Positions 1-8,834 of a stretch of 64,000 nt of DNA are shown here, one piece after another. The notes below the pieces were generated by a model. That model was not told where the DNA came from, did no database searches, and saw nothing but the letters and a program-made list of their open reading frames with translations. Position 1 is the stretch's first letter. Each line of letters begins with the position of its first letter. This DNA is from Halarcobacter sp. GTDB taxonomy: Bacteria > Campylobacterota > Campylobacteria > Campylobacterales > Arcobacteraceae. The DNA lies in NCBI GenBank assembly GCA_048571215.1, contig CP182352.1, forward strand, positions 3,540,373 to 3,604,372, in the 5' to 3' direction. Both the position numbers and the translations under genes were made by a program.

Positions 1-599
1 AATCTTTAGAAGAAAAAAACTATAAGGTTGATCTTTTTGAAGATGGAAAAGAGGCAGTTAAAAAAATATATGATGGATATGATTGTTTTGTTTTGGATAT
101 AAATGTTCCAGGGATTGATGGACTTACAATACTTAGTGAAATTAAAAATATTGAGAAAAAAATCCCATGTATAATTATTAGTGCAAATGTGGATTTAGAA
201 ACCTTAAAAGATGCCTATGGAAAAGGGTGCAACGAATATTTGAAAAAACCATTTTATATATATGAGTTAGAATTAAAAATAGAAAAGCTTTGTAAAAAAG
301 ATAGGGATCTGATTTTATTAAAAGATGATACATCTTATAGCTTAGAAAAAGAAAAACTTTTTAAAGGTGAAGAGGAGATTAAACTATCAAAAAAAGAGAT
401 ACTTCTTTTAAACCTTTTTTCTAAAAATTTAGAAAAAATAGTTACCTTTGAACATATTGAACAATATGTATGGGAAGGGGATTTAACTACTACTGAAAAC
501 ATAAGAGCCCTTATAAAAAGAATTAGAAGAAAACTGCCAAAAGATACAATAGTTTCCCAAGGTGGTATGGGATACAAATTGGTTTTAAGGGATAAATAG
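1..599 (+). CDS. OmpR-family (winged-helix) response regulator, 5' end cut by window edge
   Basis: The frame of listed ORF 93..599 stays open back to nt 3 (SLEEKNYKVDLFEDGKEAVKK...), so Met93 is internal. Receiver motifs (FVLDINVPGIDG, KKPF) and a trans_reg_C-like C-terminus (GMGYKL). Confidence 0.8.
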   Translation, partial: SLEEKNYKVDLFEDGKEAVKKIYDGYDCFVLDINVPGIDGLTILSEIKNIEKKIPCIIISANVDLETLKDAYGKGCNEYLKKPFYIYELELKIEKLCKKDRDLILLKDDTSYSLEKEKLFKGEEEIKLSKKEILLLNLFSKNLEKIVTFEHIEQYVWEGDLTTTENIRALIKRIRRKLPKDTIVSQGGMGYKLVLRDK

Positions 600-1544
600 A
601 TGATAGATTTTTCTAGTTCATTAAATTTTTTGAAACCAAATATACAAATAGATTATAGTAGTTTTGATACTATAAAAGAGCATAACTATAAAAAACTTTT
701 AACACTACTTGCAAAAAAATATAATCTTTCAAAATCAAAAATAGAATTATACAATGGCTATAGTTCATCAATATATTCTATATTGAAATTTTTGGATTTG
801 AAGTATTGTTTTATCTATAAACCTTGTGAATTAGAATATCAAAAAGCAGCTATTAATCTAGGATATGAACTAAGGGCTATAAATAGATTTGAAAATATAT
901 ATTTGCCCATAAAAGAGAAAAGTGTTGTTATCTTTATGAATCCTTCTTTTTTAGATGGGACATATTATGAACTAGATAAATTGTTTGAATATTGGGTTTC
1001 AAAAGATGCAAGAATAATTATAGATGAGAGTTTTTTAGATTATTGTAATCTAAAATCAAAAGTTGAAGATATAGAAAAATATGAAAATCTTTATGTCATA
1101 AAAGATTTTAGTAGATATTTTTCAAATAATTTACTAAATGTTTCTTCTATTTTTTCAAGTGAAGAAAATATAAAGAAACTTAGAAAATATGAACCAAGTA
1201 GTAAACTTTCAATTTATGATATAAAATATTTAGAAGAATCTTTAAAAGATGAAAAATTTAAAACTATATCAAATAGTGTAAATATAAAAAATAGGATTGA
1301 GCTTGAAAATGCTTTTTTTGCTACAGGATTAGTTGATATAGTTTTTCAAAGCAGTTCAAATTCATTGTTGATAAAACTAAAAGATGAGGTAGATGTAGAA
1401 AGCTTGCAAAATAAATTTAAACAGAAAAATATAAATATTTTAACTTGTGCTAAATATGACTTCTTGGATGAGTTTTATATAAATATCTATGTGAACTCTA
1501 AAGATAAAATTGAGAAGTTAAAAGAGGTTTTAGATGTTATTTAA
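600..1544 (+). CDS. Class I/II aminotransferase-fold protein (HisC/CobD-like), catalytic Lys apparently absent
   Basis: ATG abuts the upstream stop (TAGATG). Family-like motifs FMNPSFLDG (cf. NPxNPTG) and IIDESFLDY (cf. DEAYxxF). The expected SxSK position reads KDFSRYF (Arg, not Lys). Confidence 0.45.
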   Translation: MIDFSSSLNFLKPNIQIDYSSFDTIKEHNYKKLLTLLAKKYNLSKSKIELYNGYSSSIYSILKFLDLKYCFIYKPCELEYQKAAINLGYELRAINRFENIYLPIKEKSVVIFMNPSFLDGTYYELDKLFEYWVSKDARIIIDESFLDYCNLKSKVEDIEKYENLYVIKDFSRYFSNNLLNVSSIFSSEENIKKLRKYEPSSKLSIYDIKYLEESLKDEKFKTISNSVNIKNRIELENAFFATGLVDIVFQSSSNSLLIKLKDEVDVESLQNKFKQKNINILTCAKYDFLDEFYINIYVNSKDKIEKLKEVLDVI

Positions 1545-2133
1545 AAGTAAAACAGCTTATATTTTGTCTACACTTATCTCAATATTCTCTATTGTATTTT
1601 TTATCATTATTATTTATAAATCTTTTTTTATAGTTAAAAATCAGTTTATAGATATAGAAGGCTTAACTTATGTAAATCAAGTTCAAACAGATGATTATAT
1701 AAAAAATTTAGCAAACAATTTAACACAAGGGTGTGATAATAAAGTTTGTGAAGTACAAAGTATGTTGGATTTTGTTACAAATATACCATACAAAGTGAAT
1801 AAATCAGTTGCAAGAAGTGCACAAAATGTTATAAAACAAAACTTTGGGGATTGTGATGACAAGAGTAATTTACTTATTTCTCTACTTCATGCAAAAGGAT
1901 ATGAAGCTTATTTTGTAGTTGTACCAAAACATATTTTTGTTATTGTTCATTTAAATAAAAAGATAAATAAAAAAGCACTTTATGTAAATGGTAAAGCCTA
2001 TTATAAATTGGAAAGCACTGCAAAAGGTTCAACAATAGGGTTCCCCCTAAAATATAGATTTAGTGAGATAAAAGCTATTATTGATCCATTTAAAAATAAA
2101 AAGTTGGTAGTTGAGTCTTTATCTTACCAATAA
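1534..2133 (+). CDS. Membrane-anchored transglutaminase-like (cysteine protease fold) protein
   Basis: N-terminal TM helix (AYILSTLISIFSIVFFIIIIY). Core motif GDCDDKSNLLISLLHAKGY followed by PKHIFVIVH (Cys/His spacing typical of the transglutaminase-like superfamily). Overlaps the upstream gene by 11 nt. Confidence 0.5.
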   Translation: MLFKSKTAYILSTLISIFSIVFFIIIIYKSFFIVKNQFIDIEGLTYVNQVQTDDYIKNLANNLTQGCDNKVCEVQSMLDFVTNIPYKVNKSVARSAQNVIKQNFGDCDDKSNLLISLLHAKGYEAYFVVVPKHIFVIVHLNKKINKKALYVNGKAYYKLESTAKGSTIGFPLKYRFSEIKAIIDPFKNKKLVVESLSYQ

Positions 2134-2244
2134 TAAAAGAACTATTTTCACTCATCTTTTGCATTGTTAGTTCTTTTATTTTAATTTAGTAAAATATTTT
2201 AAATGATAAAAACAAAGATATTAATAAAGGAAAATGATTAGACT

Positions 2245-2694
2245 ATGATAGCAGTGATTCAAAGAGTAAGTTCTTCAAGTGTAAAAGTAGAGGGTGATGT
2301 TGTTGGAAAAATAGGAAAAGGTTTAAATATTTTACTTGGTGTTAAAAAGGGTGACTCTAGTGAAGATATAAAAAAGTTGGTTTCAAAAATTGTAAATCTT
2401 AGAATTTTTCAAGATGAAAATGAGAAGATGAATCTATCACTAAAAGATATCCAAGGTGAAGCTTTAGTTATCTCTCAATTTACACTTGCAGGCAATATAA
2501 AAAAAGGAAGGCGTCCAAGCTTTGATTTAAGTGAAACTCCCAAAATAGCAAATAAGCTTTATGAAGAGTTTATAGATGATATGATAAAAGAAGATATCAA
2601 AGTAGAATGTGGTCTCTTTGGTGCAAAGATGGATGTAAGTATTCAAAACGATGGGCCAGTTACTTTTATAATAGATTCTAAGGAATTAAATTGA
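2245..2694 (+). CDS. dtd: D-aminoacyl-tRNA deacylase
   Basis: 149 aa. MIAVIQRV...GKIGKGLNILLGV...SQFTL...GRRPSF...NDGPVTFIID matches the Dtd family end to end. Confidence 0.9.
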   Translation: MIAVIQRVSSSSVKVEGDVVGKIGKGLNILLGVKKGDSSEDIKKLVSKIVNLRIFQDENEKMNLSLKDIQGEALVISQFTLAGNIKKGRRPSFDLSETPKIANKLYEEFIDDMIKEDIKVECGLFGAKMDVSIQNDGPVTFIIDSKELN

Positions 2695-3116
2695 CATATA
2701 ATGAATGGTTTGAAGCTCATGGAAAAAAACATGCAAAGATAATAGAAAAACTAAAAGATAAAAGTGATGATGAGCTTATAGCGTATTTTAGATTTGATAA
2801 TATGGTTAAAAAAGAGCCTGACTTTTGTCCACTATATAAGGATAATAAAAAGTGCCATGATTATGAAGAGTTGAACTGTTATTTATGTGCTTGTCCAAAT
2901 TTTAGATTTGATGATGAGGGTTTTGAAAAACAAGGGGATAAAACTTTATTTTCTTATTGTAGTATTGATTCTAAAGATGGGGATCAATATCTTGGAGAAG
3001 ATTATATTCATCAAAATTGTTCTGGGTGTTTAGTTCCCCATAAAGAAAGATATATAAAAAAACATTTTCATAGAAATTGGTTCAAAATCATGCAAAAGGT
3101 TAGTCCAAAACAATAG
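2691..3116 (+). CDS. Cysteine-rich small-domain protein (putative metal-binding)
   Basis: TTG start overlaps the dtd stop (TTGA). Cys cluster CPLYKDNKKCHDYEELNCYLCACPNF plus CSGC, reminiscent of the CxxCxCPxF/Y cysteine-rich small domain. Confidence 0.4.
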   Translation: MTYNEWFEAHGKKHAKIIEKLKDKSDDELIAYFRFDNMVKKEPDFCPLYKDNKKCHDYEELNCYLCACPNFRFDDEGFEKQGDKTLFSYCSIDSKDGDQYLGEDYIHQNCSGCLVPHKERYIKKHFHRNWFKIMQKVSPKQ

Positions 3117-4320
3117 AGAAGATATTTTCACCTTTGTGATGGGTATAGCTTAGTTTATAATCGTGTAGATTTGCAATGGTTTTTACTATATAGAGTCCAA
3201 GCCCAAAACCATCACTTCTTTTTTCCTCTTGAGAAAATGGTTCTGTGTAGTATTCTAGTTTATTTTTAAGAGGTTCCCCTTTTGAGATGACATCGATTCT
3301 ATATTTAGTAGCTTTTATAGTTGCATGATTATCTTCTGAAAACTTAATTGCATTGTCTATTAGATTTTTAAGGGCAATAGAAAACATAGAAGCATCTGCA
3401 TTTAGTTTAAAGTCATTGATTTTTGTACTGATTTTGCTAGCATTTATCATAGCAATCTCAATAGTTTTTGTATATATATTAAAAAATGAGGTTAACTCCT
3501 TGTAAACAAAAGTATTATTTGAGGTTAACTTCTCAACCATTGCTAACTCTTTTATAATATCATCCATTCTGTGAAAAGCTTTTTGTAGAGTGTTTCTTTT
3601 TTTATCATCATCCAAAGTTTCAGCTATAAACATCGCTTTTGTAATTGGAGTTTTTAGTTCATGCATCATATTTCGCATAAATAGGTCTTTTGACTTTGTT
3701 TGGTTGTTAATATGTGTTATAGCATCATTAAAAGTTTTTGCAATAGTTCCAATCTCATCTGAACTATTAGAGCATATTTTTACATTTAAATCCCCATTTG
3801 AAAATCTTTTTATCTCTTTATTTAATTTTTTAAGGGGTTTTAGTTTTCTTTTTAATATATAGTATAAGAGTACTAAAATACCCAATGAAAAGGTCATTGC
3901 AATAAAGATTATAATAAGATTGTATTTATAACCTTGGGTATCTTGGAACATAATATTGTATCCATCTCTTTGCACATAGATATATAAAGTATCATCTAAA
4001 ATATAGATTCTATACATCCCTTGGCTTGTATCTCTTAGGATTAATTGTTTTGCAGTATTTATAATATTTAGCTTAATATCATCATCTTCAATAAGTTTTA
4101 TTTTAAATTGGTCTGTAAATATTTTTACTCCACTTACAGTTGGTTTGGTATCTAAAGTTTTTAAAATACTTTCAGCTATTAATTCATGTTTTTTTTGAGT
4201 AGTTATTATATATCTTTGTTTATCTAATTTTATAAAAATTGCAAAGGTAAGGGTAACAGCAATAACTGCCAAAATAAAAATAGTATTGATAAAAGCAGAT
4301 ATAGATATATTTTTTATCAT
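3100..4320 (-). CDS. Membrane sensor histidine kinase (HAMP-HisKA-HATPase)
   Basis: Two TM segments, H-box MHELKTPIT, G-box region GFGLGLYIV. 4-nt overlap with the upstream regulator gene. The arrangement downstream of htrA mirrors C. jejuni htrA-cprR-cprS. Confidence 0.85.
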   Translation of the reverse strand: MIKNISISAFINTIFILAVIAVTLTFAIFIKLDKQRYIITTQKKHELIAESILKTLDTKPTVSGVKIFTDQFKIKLIEDDDIKLNIINTAKQLILRDTSQGMYRIYILDDTLYIYVQRDGYNIMFQDTQGYKYNLIIIFIAMTFSLGILVLLYYILKRKLKPLKKLNKEIKRFSNGDLNVKICSNSSDEIGTIAKTFNDAITHINNQTKSKDLFMRNMMHELKTPITKAMFIAETLDDDKKRNTLQKAFHRMDDIIKELAMVEKLTSNNTFVYKELTSFFNIYTKTIEIAMINASKISTKINDFKLNADASMFSIALKNLIDNAIKFSEDNHATIKATKYRIDVISKGEPLKNKLEYYTEPFSQEEKRSDGFGLGLYIVKTIANLHDYKLSYTHHKGENIFSIVLD

Positions 4321-4976
4321 AAAAGTTGGTAACCTATTCCTCGTACAGATTTTATATAGGTTTTACTATCATCAATTTTAGATAGTTTTGAACGGATTCT
4401 AGAAACCATAACATCAATATTTTTTAAACTACTATCATCTTCTATATGGTCACTAGCATAAATAAAATCTTCCCTTGCTATAACAGCACCATTTCTTTGA
4501 ATAAGAAGTTTTAATATATCAAATTCTGCTAAGGTAAGGGTTAGAAGTTGCTCTTTAAAATATATTTGAATATCATCCTCTTTTAGTAAAAAATCAGATT
4601 TTTTTATATTATCTTGTTTTTTCTCTAAAGGAGTTATCCTTTTTAAAATAGCCTTTATTCTAGCTTGTAGCTCTCTTGGATTGTATGGTTTAGGAAGATA
4701 ATCATCAGCGCCTCTTTCTAATCCCATTACTTTATCTAAGATATCATCCCTTGCACTAGAGATAATAATAGGAATTTCTGATTTTTGTCTAATTTTTGGA
4801 ATTAATTCTAGACCATCTATTTCAGGTAGGGTCAAATCTAAGATAATTAGTTTATAATCTTTCAAACTTAGCATTGATAGCCCATTATATGGGCTATCTG
4901 TATTTGTAACTTCTATATCATAAGAAGCTAAATAGTCAGTGATGATTTGTGCTAGCTCTAAATCATCCTCTATCAT
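4317..4976 (-). CDS. OmpR-family response regulator
   Basis: Receiver (IILDLTLPEIDG, LPKP) plus winged helix (VRGIGYQL). Sits directly downstream of htrA on the same strand. Confidence 0.85.
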   Translation of the reverse strand: MIEDDLELAQIITDYLASYDIEVTNTDSPYNGLSMLSLKDYKLIILDLTLPEIDGLELIPKIRQKSEIPIIISSARDDILDKVMGLERGADDYLPKPYNPRELQARIKAILKRITPLEKKQDNIKKSDFLLKEDDIQIYFKEQLLTLTLAEFDILKLLIQRNGAVIAREDFIYASDHIEDDSSLKNIDVMVSRIRSKLSKIDDSKTYIKSVRGIGYQLL

Positions 4977-5001
4977 AAGTACTTGTACTATGGCAAATCC
5001 T

Positions 5002-6420
5002 TTATTTAATAGCTAAAAGAATAGTTTGTCCATATCTATTGACATAAACTCTTTTGTTTTTATTATTATACTTTCTTATAGCTTGTTGTACATCAGCGAA
5101 ACTCTTAATTTCTATATCTTCTATTTGAATAATAACATCACCTGCTTGAAAACCAACTTTTTCAGCTTGTGAATTTGGTTCTACTCCTGTTACTAAAACT
5201 CCAGTTGAATTTGAACTAAGTCTAAATCTTTGGATCATATTTGCATCTAATTCTGATAGAAGTAAACCACCTAAAAAATTCCCATTATTTGCATCTGATG
5301 TTACAAGTCCAGCCCTATTTCCTAGGGTAATATTAAGTTCGATATTTCTTTTATCTCTTTCAAGTTTTATTGATACAGTATCATTTGGTTTAAATGAAGC
5401 GATAACATTTTGTAAATCTTTTCTATTTTTAATCTCTTTATTGTTTATAGAGTAGATTAAATCTCCCCTTTTTAGTCCAGCTTTTTGTGCAGGTGTGTCA
5501 TTTGCAACATCTAAGATTAATGCCCCTTTATTATGTGAATAAAGTTTTTCTATATTTGGTTTTAAATCATCTATTACAACACCTAAATAACCTCTTGTAA
5601 CTTTTCCATCAGCAATAAGTTTTTTTGCTACATCTTTTACCATTGAGATAGGAATTGCAAAACCAATACCATTGTTTCCACCACTTTTTGAGATAATTGC
5701 ACTATTAATACCAATTAAAGCACCTCTACTATCTACAAGTGCACCACCTGAGTTTCCTGGGTTAATTGAAGCATCTGTTTGAATAAAGTTTTCATATCTA
5801 TTTATACCTACATGGTCTTTATTTAGTGCAGAGATAATACCTTGGGTTACTGTTGTACCTATCCCAAATGGGTTCCCAATAGCAAAAATCAAATCTCCAA
5901 CTTTTAAATCAGTTGAGTAGCCAAATTCGATTGCTTTAAAATTGTTACCTTCTATTTTTATAACTGCCAAATCACTATCAGAGTCTTTTCCTATAACTCT
6001 TGCGTTGTACTCTTTTGGGTTATCCCCAATAGTTACAGATATCTCATCTGCATTTTCAACAACATGATTATTTGTAATTATATAACCATCTTTCGAGATA
6101 ATAACACCAGAACCAAGTGATCTTTGAATTTTATTTTGCTGAAATCTATCATTAAATTGATCTCCAAAAAATCTTCTTAAAAATGGGTCATTGAACATTT
6201 GAAATGGGATATTTCCTGCATTTGCAATTACCCTTCTTTTGGCTGCAATATTTACAACTGATTTCATTGAGTCTTTAATACTGTTGTTAAAAGATAAAAT
6301 TTCATTAGCACTATTTGGAATTACTCTTGCAGGTTCTTTTGGTGCCATTTGAAATTCAACATTGGCTGCAAATATATTGGTAGCAATTAATGTAGCTATC
6401 AAAAAACTTTTGTTTAACAT
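5002..6420 (-). CDS. htrA: Periplasmic serine endoprotease HtrA/DegP family (trypsin domain + 2 PDZ)
   Basis: Signal peptide. Catalytic motifs TNNHVV, DLAVIK, GNSGGALV. Two PDZ-like segments (LKRGDLIYSINN, FQAGDVIIQIED). Confidence 0.9.
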   Translation of the reverse strand: MLNKSFLIATLIATNIFAANVEFQMAPKEPARVIPNSANEILSFNNSIKDSMKSVVNIAAKRRVIANAGNIPFQMFNDPFLRRFFGDQFNDRFQQNKIQRSLGSGVIISKDGYIITNNHVVENADEISVTIGDNPKEYNARVIGKDSDSDLAVIKIEGNNFKAIEFGYSTDLKVGDLIFAIGNPFGIGTTVTQGIISALNKDHVGINRYENFIQTDASINPGNSGGALVDSRGALIGINSAIISKSGGNNGIGFAIPISMVKDVAKKLIADGKVTRGYLGVVIDDLKPNIEKLYSHNKGALILDVANDTPAQKAGLKRGDLIYSINNKEIKNRKDLQNVIASFKPNDTVSIKLERDKRNIELNITLGNRAGLVTSDANNGNFLGGLLLSELDANMIQRFRLSSNSTGVLVTGVEPNSQAEKVGFQAGDVIIQIEDIEIKSFADVQQAIRKYNNKNKRVYVNRYGQTILLAIK

Positions 6421-6547
6421 TTTTGGTCCTTCTTAAAATTTTATTAATATTTAAATTATAATAGCTAAATGTAAACTATTATTGAATAAAATGTAAATAA
6501 ATAATTAACGCAAAGTGTAGAAATTGTGGAGTTTTGAAGGGTTTTTG

Positions 6548-6576
6548 CTAAGATGTAGTATAAAACTACATCTTAG
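6548..6576 (-). terminator. Hairpin immediately 3' of ilvD (12-bp stem, 5-nt loop)
   Basis: CTAAGATGTAGT-ATAAA-ACTACATCTTAG, 3 nt from the ilvD stop. There is no clean U-tract in the minus direction. Confidence 0.4.
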
Positions 6577-6578
6577 TA

Positions 6579-8270
6579 TTAAAATAGGTCAGTTTTTAAA
6601 ACAGCTCCACTACTTGCATTTGTAACTAAGCTTCTATATTGTCCTAACCATTTAGATTTTAGAGTCTTTTTAAGAGGAGTAAACTCTGCTTTTCTTTTTT
6701 CTATCTCTTCCTCAGATAAGTTTACAGATAAAATATATTGGTCAACATCAATATGAATCTCATCACCATCTTTAAGTAAACCAATCATTCCACCTTCAGC
6801 AGCTTCAGGAGATACATGTCCAATTGAAGCTCCTCTTGTAGCACCTGAAAATCTTCCATCAGTGATAAGGGCAACTTTATCTCCAAGTCCCATACCCATG
6901 ATAAGTGAAGTTGGAGCTAGCATCTCTTGCATACCTGGGCCACCTTTTGGACCTTCATATCTAATAACAACTACATCGCCAGCTTTTACTTTACCACCAA
7001 CAATTCCAGCAATTGCTTCAGGTTGTCCATCAAAACAAACAGCACTACCTGTAAATACTCTTTCTCCTGTTATACCAGCAGTTTTGATAACAGCACCTTG
7101 TTCTGCTAAATTTCCATAAAGAATAGCAAGACCACCAACTTTTGAATAAGGGTTATCAATAGTATGGATGATATTAGTATCTTTTATATATGCATCAGAG
7201 ATTTTTTCATATAAAGACTCACCTGAGATAGTTAAATTATCTATTAAGATATCATCACCTCTTTTTGTCATCTCTTTCATAACTGCATTAACCCCACCAG
7301 CTTTATTTATATCTTCCATGTGTACTGTTGAAAGTGATGGAGAGATTTTAGCTATATGTGAGACTTTTTTAGAAATAGAGTTTATATCTTCAAGATTAAA
7401 ACTAACTTCTGCTTCTTTTGCAATAGCAAGCATATGTAGAACTGTATTTGAACTTCCACCCATTGCCATATCAACTGCAAAAGCATTTCTAACTGCATTT
7501 TCATTTAAGATATTTCTTAATTGATATTTTTCTCTTGCTTTTGCATCTTTTGCTATTTCACAAATTCTTCTTGCAGCTTTTCTATATAACTCTTCTCTTT
7601 CAGGGGTTAAAGCTAGTATTGTTCCATTTCCTGGAAGTGCAATTCCCATAGCTTCCATAAGTGTATTCATAGAGTTAGCTGTAAACATACCAGAACATGA
7701 ACCTCCACTAGGACAGGCATTACATTCAATATCTTTTAAGTCTTCATCACTCATTTGACCAGCTTCATGTTTTCCCACTGCTTCAAATGCAGTAGCTAAA
7801 TCAATAGGAGTTCCATCTTTAGTATGACCTTTTTGCATAGGTCCACCTGAAACAAATATTGTAGGTACATTTACTCTTAATGCACCCATTATCATACCTG
7901 GAACAATTTTATCACAGTTTGGAATAGCAATCATGGCATCAAGTTTATGTGCATTCATTACTGTTTCAATAGAGTTTGCAATTATCTCTCTACTTGGTAA
8001 GGAAAAAAGCATACCATCATGACCCATAGCAATACCATCATCAACACCAATAGTATTAAACTCAAAAGGAACACAACCATTTGCTTTTATCTCATCTTTT
8101 ATAATATCTGATACTTTATCTAAGAAAAAATGTCCTGGAATCAACTCTATAAATGAGTTAGCAACACCAATAAATGGTTTGTCAAAATCTTCATCTTTTA
8201 ATCCTGTAGCTCTTAACAATGACCTATGAGGCGTTCTATCAAAACCTTTTTTTACTTCATCACTTCTCAT
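6579..8270 (-). CDS. ilvD: Dihydroxy-acid dehydratase
   Basis: 563 aa with full-length IlvD-type sequence ([19 protein letters not shown]..., [30 protein letters not shown]). Confidence 0.95.
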   Translation of the reverse strand: MRSDEVKKGFDRTPHRSLLRATGLKDEDFDKPFIGVANSFIELIPGHFFLDKVSDIIKDEIKANGCVPFEFNTIGVDDGIAMGHDGMLFSLPSREIIANSIETVMNAHKLDAMIAIPNCDKIVPGMIMGALRVNVPTIFVSGGPMQKGHTKDGTPIDLATAFEAVGKHEAGQMSDEDLKDIECNACPSGGSCSGMFTANSMNTLMEAMGIALPGNGTILALTPEREELYRKAARRICEIAKDAKAREKYQLRNILNENAVRNAFAVDMAMGGSSNTVLHMLAIAKEAEVSFNLEDINSISKKVSHIAKISPSLSTVHMEDINKAGGVNAVMKEMTKRGDDILIDNLTISGESLYEKISDAYIKDTNIIHTIDNPYSKVGGLAILYGNLAEQGAVIKTAGITGERVFTGSAVCFDGQPEAIAGIVGGKVKAGDVVVIRYEGPKGGPGMQEMLAPTSLIMGMGLGDKVALITDGRFSGATRGASIGHVSPEAAEGGMIGLLKDGDEIHIDVDQYILSVNLSEEEIEKRKAEFTPLKKTLKSKWLGQYRSLVTNASSGAVLKTDLF

Positions 8271-8339
8271 AAAAACAACCTTTAAATATTTAAATTAAAA
8301 TGATTATATCAAAAATTTTAAAAAATTTTATTAAAACTC

Positions 8340-8368
8340 TTGACAAATAAAAAATTTTTGAATATAAT
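8340..8368 (+). promoter_or_regulatory. Consensus sigma70-type promoter upstream of the tRNA cluster
   Basis: TTGACA (8340-8345), 17-nt spacer, TATAAT (8363-8368), about 50 nt upstream of tRNA-Leu. Confidence 0.6.
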
Positions 8369-8416
8369 TCCACTCCAATTTGAAAGAAACGTCTTTCAAA
8401 TACTACAATTTAGAGT

Positions 8417-8503
8417 GCGAGTGTGGCGGAATAGGTAGACGCGTGGGACTTAAAATCCCATTCCGGTTTCGGAGTGTGAGTTCGATTCTCACCATTCGCA
8501 CCA
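8417..8503 (+). tRNA. tRNA-Leu (anticodon TAA)
   Basis: Acceptor stem GCGAGTG/CATTCGC, anticodon loop CTTAAAA, long variable arm, TPsiC GTTCGATTC, encoded CCA. Confidence 0.9.
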
Positions 8504-8528
8504 CTTTAATTATAATCAAAATACTAGT

Positions 8529-8617
8529 AGAGAGTTGACAGAGTTGGTCGAATGTACCGGTTTTGAAAACCGGCGAGGTTCACGCCTCCGAGGGTTCGAA
8601 TCCCTTGCTCTCTGCCA
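8529..8617 (+). tRNA. tRNA-Ser (anticodon TGA)
   Basis: Anticodon stem CCGGT/ACCGG with loop TTTGAAA, long variable arm, GGTTCGAATCC TPsiC arm, encoded CCA. The 5' end is uncertain by 1-2 nt. Confidence 0.85.
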
Positions 8618-8677
8618 CTATATATAAATCATCTAACTTTTTTTAAATTTTAAATGATTTACTCAAAACTTTTTGTT

Positions 8678-8753
8678 GGAGCTATAGCAAAGCTGGTAAT
8701 GCCTCGGATTGCAAATCCGATATGCGTTGGTTCGAGTCCGACTAGCTCCTCCA
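8678..8753 (+). tRNA. tRNA-Cys (anticodon GCA)
   Basis: Acceptor GGAGCTA/TAGCTCC, anticodon stem TCGGA/TCCGA with loop TTGCAAA, GGTTCGAGTCC TPsiC arm, encoded CCA. Confidence 0.9.
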
Positions 8754-8834
8754 CTTTTTTTTAATCAAATACATTATTATCAATGTATTTACAATATTAA
8801 TTTGTAAGCTAGTATTAGTTCTTAAGTTTTTATT

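Noticed and set aside
6862-7524. Plus-strand ORFs inside ilvD. Similar antisense or internal ORFs occur at 335..577, 3590..3862, 9457..9645, 17485..17679, 21416..21598, 37105..37725, 38315..38548, 42360..42799, 43101..43412, 44994..45287, 48603..48827, 49718..50017, 50333..50578, 51566..52504, 53626..53814, 54686..55018, 56899..57135, 61966..62440.
   Set aside because: All are nested in or antisense to long ORFs with strong family signatures. Their products are compositionally biased, and none has start or RBS context better than chance.
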